Of a stretch of DNA of 64,000 nucleotides, positions 59,273-64,000 are shown piece after piece. Numbering within the stretch: the first letter of the stretch is position 1; each line of letters starts with the position of its first letter. Origin of the DNA: a virus. The position numbers and the translations under genes are program-made. The stretch is from the IMG/VR virus record IMGVR_UViG_3300024255_000001. One strand, written 5' to 3'. The notes under the pieces were generated by a model. The model was not told the DNA's origin. It ran no database searches and saw nothing but the letters and a program-made list of their open reading frames with translations.

Positions 59273-59959
59273 CTATTTATCTAACTTAAATCCTAATTGT
59301 TTTGCGCGAGCTGTCCATTTGACCAAGACCTCTTCTCTTTCTTTAGATGTAATCTCTCCCATCTCTTCTTTTTGATCTAAATATCTATTAACAGCATCAA
59401 TAGTTTTTTCTTTACGTTTCTTAGCTTCAAACCTTAGGCCTTGTAGATTTGCATCCACTTCTTTAGGTAAAAGTAGATAATGCATCTTAGATAACATACC
59501 ACTATTAATCATCGCTCTCATCATATCATCTGGCTCATTAGGTTTGCCCTTTCTATAGTTACCAATATCAATACCATCTTGAGTGATGTGTTCGATCTCG
59601 TGCCTTAAGACATCTGCTAAGTGGAAGTAAATATCTGACCAATAAGTAGGTAACCAATCTGGGTTACAAGCAAAGTCTACATTAATAAATGGATCTTGCC
59701 AATCACCGTCATCATCTTCATCTCTACCATCAGCTCCAGTAGAGTTTAAGACTTCAAATCCTTTACCTTTAAAATAGATAGAGCAGTTTAAGTCAAATGT
59801 TAGACCTGGATTCTCTACTTCAAACGAATAATGAGAAGACTTCTTGCCTCTTTCAAAATCCAATACCCACTGTCTAAAGCAATCACCTAATAATTTATTA
59901 GAGATTGAATCTAGTTTAGTATATCGCTCAAATATAGCCTGTGATTTAATATGTTTCAT
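59273..59959 (-). CDS. Zincin-like metallopeptidase with capsid-targeting-like N-terminus
   Basis: MKHIKSQAIFE; RHEIEH and a downstream EVDA third ligand. Confidence 0.7.
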   Translation of the reverse strand: MKHIKSQAIFERYTKLDSISNKLLGDCFRQWVLDFERGKKSSHYSFEVENPGLTFDLNCSIYFKGKGFEVLNSTGADGRDEDDDGDWQDPFINVDFACNPDWLPTYWSDIYFHLADVLRHEIEHITQDGIDIGNYRKGKPNEPDDMMRAMINSGMLSKMHYLLLPKEVDANLQGLRFEAKKRKEKTIDAVNRYLDQKEEMGEITSKEREEVLVKWTARAKQLGFKLDK

Positions 59960-59963
59960 TTAT

Positions 59964-59971
59964 TATATATC
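59964..59971 (-). promoter_or_regulatory. Putative late promoter GATATATA, 4 nt before ATG
   Basis: Lies directly after a terminator. Confidence 0.7.
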
Positions 59972-59973
59972 AC

Positions 59974-60004
59974 AAAAAAAGAGGACCCAATATTGGGTCC
60001 TCTT
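59974..60004 (-). terminator. Rho-independent terminator
   Basis: Palindrome AAGAGGACCCAATATTGGGTCCTCTT plus a 7-T run on the minus strand. Confidence 0.85.
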
Positions 60005-60037
60005 GCTCCTTAGTTATCTATGTCTAGCCTAAATAAA

Positions 60038-60286
60038 TCAACTATTAACGGAGCCTTCTTGAGCTACTTTCGATACGCCTTCTCCAGTTTGAATGAAGAT
60101 TTCGTCTAACGCTTCTAAGCAATCATTTGCGTTAGCTACTTTTTCTACGAGTGTTGCCATCTCTTCGATAATTTGCGGGTGTTCTCCGATTCCGGCTGCG
60201 TTCTTAACGTATACCTCAAGTGTTGCGATTGCTTCAAGTTTTTCAGCTTGATACCTTGCTCTAAGAGCATCTACTTTCAAGTCCAT
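60038..60286 (-). CDS. Small conserved T4-like phage protein
   Basis: ALRARY...VY..NAAGIGEHPQI motif, familiar from marine T4-like phages. Confidence 0.7.
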   Translation of the reverse strand: MDLKVDALRARYQAEKLEAIATLEVYVKNAAGIGEHPQIIEEMATLVEKVANANDCLEALDEIFIQTGEGVSKVAQEGSVNS

Positions 60287-60288
60287 AT

Positions 60289-60501
60289 TTAATTTTTAGA
60301 ATTTAATTTAATTTCATTGATAATGTTTTGAACTCCAGTGAAAATGATTCCAAAACCAAGTACTATCCAAAATTGAGGCTTTCCAATGTAAAGGAATGAT
60401 GCGAACATCCATAATAGTCCGATAACATAGAACCATTGACTTAAAATTGAAGTTAATACTAGGTTTAATCCTGCTTTTAATGTGTTTAAAACTTTTGTCA
60501 T
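60289..60501 (-). CDS. Small membrane protein (2 TM)
   Basis: Two hydrophobic helices. Confidence 0.65.
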   Translation of the reverse strand: MTKVLNTLKAGLNLVLTSILSQWFYVIGLLWMFASFLYIGKPQFWIVLGFGIIFTGVQNIINEIKLNSKN

Positions 60502-60518
60502 GAATAATTATTTAAGGG

Positions 60519-60546
60519 TTATACTAACTCGTTAATGAATTGTTTC
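60519..60546 (-). promoter_or_regulatory. Putative middle promoter GAAAC-N18-TATAA
   Basis: Recurrent motif overlapping the uvsE stop. Confidence 0.6.
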
Positions 60547-61442
60547 ACATATTTTTGAACAGCTAATTCTTTTGCTTTCGCTTCTAGCTCGATGTCTAGA
60601 TTAAGGCCATAAGTATTAATATGTTCGTAAATATAATCTGCATGTGCACGAGCCATTACACTTGCATCCTCGTGAATTTGTTTACAAGATGAGTAGTGAC
60701 ACAATTGCTTGATACCTTTAGGCCAAGTAGTTGAAGCCATCTTGAGAGCTTCTTCCTGTGTTAATTCACCAGGGTGACACCAATGGTGATGGTAGTCAAA
60801 TGTAATTGGAATGTTAATCTTACTGTAGATACCTTGGTAAAGATCTTCTACAGCGTATTGTTTTTGTTTGTCGTCATTTTCTACAACAAGTCTGGTTTTG
60901 ACAGATGGGTCTAGTTCATGGAACGCATCTACAAATCTTTGCATTGCTTCCTCTTTACCACCTTGTGTAGTATTGACATGAATGTTGATCGCAGCATAGG
61001 GAGTACGAGGTAGACCCATAAGGTCAAATATTTCACCATGCTTGTTGAGATCAGCAATAGATTTGGTGACAACGTTTTCATTTTTAGATGCGAGGACATC
61101 GAATGGTCCGGGGTGGAATGTAATCCTCTGTCCGTACTCCCTTGCCAGATCGCCACAGTCTTCTAGAATAGTTCTGATAATTCTAAAGTCTTTAAGATCT
61201 GATATATTATACTCTGACATCCACGGCATAATATCTGAAGACATACGATAAAGCTTGATACCATTGGCTTCATTCCATTTGATAATCTCACGTAGATCTC
61301 GCACGTTCTGTACAATAAGTTCTGACGCATAGTCCATGCCTTTGTCTTGGAATGTACGTTTAATCATGGAACGATTTGTAGTAATACTGGGCTTTTGTTG
61401 CCTGAGTTGCATATTGATGCAACAATATCCGTAGTTTGTCAT
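60519..61442 (-). CDS. uvsE: UV-damage endonuclease (UvdE/UvsE)
   Basis: GYCCIN, YRMSSD, TFHPGPF, INIHV, ENDD, FDYHHH, HAD and EAKAKE; likely start MTNYG at 61442. Confidence 0.93.
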   Translation of the reverse strand: MTNYGYCCINMQLRQQKPSITTNRSMIKRTFQDKGMDYASELIVQNVRDLREIIKWNEANGIKLYRMSSDIMPWMSEYNISDLKDFRIIRTILEDCGDLAREYGQRITFHPGPFDVLASKNENVVTKSIADLNKHGEIFDLMGLPRTPYAAINIHVNTTQGGKEEAMQRFVDAFHELDPSVKTRLVVENDDKQKQYAVEDLYQGIYSKINIPITFDYHHHWCHPGELTQEEALKMASTTWPKGIKQLCHYSSCKQIHEDASVMARAHADYIYEHINTYGLNLDIELEAKAKELAVQKYVKQFINELV

Positions 61443-61459
61443 AAGGCTAGATTTATTCA

Positions 61460-61486
61460 TTATACGTGGTTATTGGTAATTGTTCC
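61460..61486 (-). promoter_or_regulatory. Putative middle promoter GGAAC-N17-TATAA (uvsE)
   Basis: Recurrent motif. Confidence 0.55.
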
Positions 61487-62057
61487 AATTAAGAAACTGT
61501 TCCCATTTGTTTTCTTTTATTAGTTTCATCCAAAGATCTACATACTTTCTCTCTTTAGGTTTAAGTATATGTCTTGGTTGCTCAGGTATCAGTCGTTGTT
61601 GTTTATCAGGATCGAACTTCTTACCTAAGGCTATTGATTTAATATGGAAGTAAAACTCTCTAGTTGTACCATTGAATTCTTCCATCTCTTCTAGAATTCT
61701 ATCCTGTCCAACACCAAACTCTTCTGATAGTTTTTCTCTTAACTTATGAAGTAGTTTATGTTCAGCTTCAAGATGAGCTTTCATAATTAAGTTCTGTCTC
61801 TTTCTGTATTGTTTTCTTTCTGGTTGGATTTGTTCTAGGTAAGACTCTTCAGTTAGCCAAGGCTTTTCTTTTTTAAGAGCCTTCTCTTTTTGCTCAAAGA
61901 TCAATTCTTCTAGCATATATTCTCTACCAAGATTATCAACCTCGTATTCGCCGAACTCAATCCTCTGTTGCAATTCACTAGCAGCCTTGTACAGCATTTG
62001 CTTAGGCATATTTCTTACGCCCCAGAATCTACGCCACCATGTAAATTGCCTACTCAT
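61470..62057 (-). CDS. Hypothetical protein
   Basis: 195 aa, charged and helical. Confidence 0.7.
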   Translation of the reverse strand: MSRQFTWWRRFWGVRNMPKQMLYKAASELQQRIEFGEYEVDNLGREYMLEELIFEQKEKALKKEKPWLTEESYLEQIQPERKQYRKRQNLIMKAHLEAEHKLLHKLREKLSEEFGVGQDRILEEMEEFNGTTREFYFHIKSIALGKKFDPDKQQRLIPEQPRHILKPKERKYVDLWMKLIKENKWEQFLNWNNYQ

Positions 62058-62245
62058 TAGATTCGATCTAGTTCTGCAATTAATTCATCGATAGAACCAA
62101 TTGCTAATTCACATTCGTTTGTTTCAGACTCGCCGTCTTCTACTTCGGTTACTGCTAGAAAGTATAAGTCTCTAACTTCTTCGTCTAATTGCGGGTATTG
62201 TTTTGAAACCCCTTCTGCGTAATTTTTTAATTCTGATAATGTCAT
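62057..62245 (-). CDS. Small acidic hypothetical protein
   Basis: 62 aa, TAATG-coupled to the next gene. Confidence 0.65.
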   Translation of the reverse strand: MTLSELKNYAEGVSKQYPQLDEEVRDLYFLAVTEVEDGESETNECELAIGSIDELIAELDRI

Positions 62246-62273
62246 AGTTTAATTTATTTAGGTTATACAGTTA

Positions 62274-62300
62274 TTATAGTTTAAAATTGGTTAATGTTTA
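62274..62300 (-). promoter_or_regulatory. Putative middle promoter TAAAC-N17-TATAA
   Basis: Recurrent motif, intergenic. Confidence 0.55.
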
Positions 62301-62546
62301 TGGTTTGAATCTGCCTAAAGAGCTATTGAATTCGTCTTCCTCTATTTTGCGGATTCTGTCTGATTCTTCTCTTGCATCTGCCCAATCATCTGCAAATTTA
62401 CACATGATTTTCTTTTCTTCAGGTAAGAATGTTTTAGCAATTGCGATTGCATATTCCATACCTTGCCAAACTTCTTTTGGACTATTTTCTAATTCTTCTT
62501 GCATTGCCTCTATTAACAACGCGACTGGTGTTTGTCTTTTACTCAT
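62298..62546 (-). CDS. Hypothetical protein
   Basis: 82 aa. Confidence 0.65.
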   Translation of the reverse strand: MSKRQTPVALLIEAMQEELENSPKEVWQGMEYAIAIAKTFLPEEKKIMCKFADDWADAREESDRIRKIEEDEFNSSLGRFKP

Positions 62547-63060
62547 AAGCTGCGGGTGATGTTAAACCAGAATATGCACAGTATTCTTTCTCGCTGTCAT
62601 AAACTAGTGTTGCGTTAAACGTTTCGATTAATTTCTTTTCATTAAATCCTGCGTGGCCATGGATTGATTTACCTCCAGTTGCTTTCGCTTCTAAGACTGG
62701 CATGATAACATCAGTCGCTACCTCGTAGATTTTCTTGATAGTAACTCCATCTCTGACGGCAAAGTACATGTTATTCGTTTGTGCGTACTTTTCGATTTTG
62801 TTTTCAGATAACCAATGGAACTGGAAAGTACCAGATTTACCCTTGTTTCTCATATTAATTGCCTTGTACTCTGTTGGAGTTTTAGTGACATCTAAGGCGT
62901 CTCCACCCTGAGTATTGTTACCATACTCATGGCCTAAATGATTTGCCATGAACATCTCTATGAACCTCTCATTATAGAATATATTGTCAAGTCCTAGTTC
63001 GTCTTTGGCGATCTGTTCTGCCTCTTGCAGAAGTGATTGTATTTGTTGTATTGCTTTCAT
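62539..63060 (-). CDS. PD-(D/E)xK nuclease, PvuII-like restriction endonuclease fold
   Basis: DNIF...GGDALD...EYKAIN...IEKY...YFAV..G..I..IY parallels PvuII (NDIF...GNDAVD...ELKSIN...IAKY...IFAI..G..I..IY). Confidence 0.65.
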   Translation of the reverse strand: MKAIQQIQSLLQEAEQIAKDELGLDNIFYNERFIEMFMANHLGHEYGNNTQGGDALDVTKTPTEYKAINMRNKGKSGTFQFHWLSENKIEKYAQTNNMYFAVRDGVTIKKIYEVATDVIMPVLEAKATGGKSIHGHAGFNEKKLIETFNATLVYDSEKEYCAYSGLTSPAAYE

Positions 63061-63090
63061 ATTAGTATAATTACATGTTTATTTTAAAAC

Positions 63091-63300
63091 TTACAAACTA
63101 TGGCCAATTTTTTCATGTAATCTTTTCATGTGTTTACATGGTGAGTATGACCTAAAGCTCCTTGCGGGACATTCACAGTCCACTATTTTGTAGTCAGTTA
63201 CTTTTACATTATAGTAACTGAGCTTACCGGTTTTCTTATTGCGAGATCCCATTTCTCGATAGTACCACGAGGTACCTTTTGGATTTGTGTAGATACTCAT
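63091..63300 (-). CDS. SWIM zinc-finger protein
   Basis: CECPA...PCKH. Confidence 0.8.
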   Translation of the reverse strand: MSIYTNPKGTSWYYREMGSRNKKTGKLSYYNVKVTDYKIVDCECPARSFRSYSPCKHMKRLHEKIGHSL

Positions 63301-63614
63301 TATGCTTCTATTCTATCGTGAACAGGAATCGGCGCTCTGCCAGGAAACCTTGAATCTGAAGTGTGGATAAAATTACCACCGAACATTGAATGTTTATTAC
63401 TCTTGTAAATTCCAGCAGGAACTGCATACCAGGCATCTTCTCCGAATAGTTGTCTTTCTACTAAAACCAATTCATCATCTGGAATTAAAGTAAGGTCTGC
63501 TAAATCAGCATCAGGGCCGTGATGTAGAACGATTGAGTCTTCTCTTGAAGTAAGACCATTGTTTGTTGAATCTCCCATGGAGTTTCTAAGTACGAATGTT
63601 AAAATGCTTGACAT
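63300..63614 (-). CDS. Hypothetical (putative early) protein
   Basis: MFGGNFIHTSDSRF...PIPVHDR motif; directly after the early cassette. Confidence 0.75.
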   Translation of the reverse strand: MSSILTFVLRNSMGDSTNNGLTSREDSIVLHHGPDADLADLTLIPDDELVLVERQLFGEDAWYAVPAGIYKSNKHSMFGGNFIHTSDSRFPGRAPIPVHDRIEA

Positions 63615-63678
63615 AGTTTTTGTTTGTTTTTAATTACAGTACTAATATACGAAAAAAAAGTGACATAAAAAAATTCTA
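63615..63678 (-). promoter_or_regulatory. Putative early promoter/leader cassette, copy 2
   Basis: Inverted near-identical copy of 38175-38237. Confidence 0.75.
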
Positions 63679-63690
63679 TGTCACTTTTTT
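63654..63690. terminator. Stem-loop with A/T tails overlapping the early promoter
   Basis: 14-bp inverted repeat AAAAAAGTGACATA / TATGTCACTTTTTT. Confidence 0.6.
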
Positions 63691-63709
63691 GTTAAAGTTA
63701 TTAACAATT

Positions 63710-64000
63710 TTAGAAATCACCAGGAGCAACTTGCATACAAGTTAATCCATTGTCTCTCCACATGTCAACTACTTTCTGTCTGTCATCAAAGACACAAACG
63801 ATGTCATTCTTATCATTGAAAAGTTGGTCAAGCCATATTTGCTTAAGCTTGTCATCAGGCATGAACATAAAGTCCTTGCTTGTAGGTCTCAGCTTCAGTA
63901 CATCAAACGGTACATTATGCTTTTTCAACCAAGCTTTAGTAGCATCTTTAGTAGCTTTACTTCTACCACTAAGAATAACAATCATGTGGCCAGCTGCGTC
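63710..64000 (-). CDS. HAD-family polynucleotide 3'-phosphatase (PseT C-terminal-like), partial
   Basis: LSGR, D..LK, VFDDRQKVV.MWR..GL.C.QVA.GDF; the frame is open to the window edge. Confidence 0.85.
   Translation of the reverse strand, partial: DAAGHMIVILSGRSKATKDATKAWLKKHNVPFDVLKLRPTSKDFMFMPDDKLKQIWLDQLFNDKNDIVCVFDDRQKVVDMWRDNGLTCMQVAPGDF

Noticed and set aside
60289-60501. Two-TM protein as a holin
   Set aside because: It follows a middle-type promoter and has no adjacent endolysin; the evidence is insufficient.
1-64000. Alternative genetic code (stop-codon reassignment seen in some Bacteroidota phages)
   Set aside because: Standard-code ORFs tile the window densely, up to 2856 aa, and TAG ends complete genes (e.g. 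12001 and 36436).

Overview
This 64 kb AT-rich window is a segment of a large T4-like myovirus (jumbo phage) genome, almost entirely coded on the minus strand in the standard genetic code. The host is most likely a marine Bacteroidota (Flavobacteriia) member. This is inferred from a Bacteroidota-type ribosomal protein S1, BACON-like domains, a GH17 laminarinase-like gene, a TAnnTTnG -7-like early promoter, A-rich SD-less leaders and a UV-damage endonuclease. Left to right, it holds a partial modular acidic head protein, a replication module (UvsW, UvsY, primase, gp32 SSB), a GH17 glucanase, a G-rich non-coding repeat, a RuvC-like nuclease, and a ~39 kb tail/baseplate/neck module. That module includes gp3-like, a candidate spanin, adhesin fibres including a 2856-aa protein, wedge proteins, gp6, gp25, gp13, gp5 spike, hub and gp53-like genes, and is interrupted by an amidoligase, a phage-encoded bS1 and an inverted early-gene cassette. 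Then come a DinG-like helicase, dCMP deaminase, a 2OG-Fe(II) oxygenase, a late cluster of putative capsid-targeted proteins and Thr-rich BACON/Hint proteins, UvsE, a PvuII-like nuclease, a SWIM finger and a partial PNK phosphatase. Main hypotheses: (1) a capsid-cargo polyprotein system, with T4-like capsid-targeting N-termini and ES-x(2-5)-E linkers that the prohead protease could cut into many small effectors, including a pro-peptide that would release a 55-aa cationic glycine-zipper peptide; (2) three promoter classes readable from the DNA (37-bp early cassette, AAC-N17/18-TATAA, RATATATA), with several near-leaderless starts next to a phage S1; (3) a promoter-driven G-rich repeat beside the replication genes as a candidate origin or ncRNA. 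All family calls come from motif recognition, not database searches.
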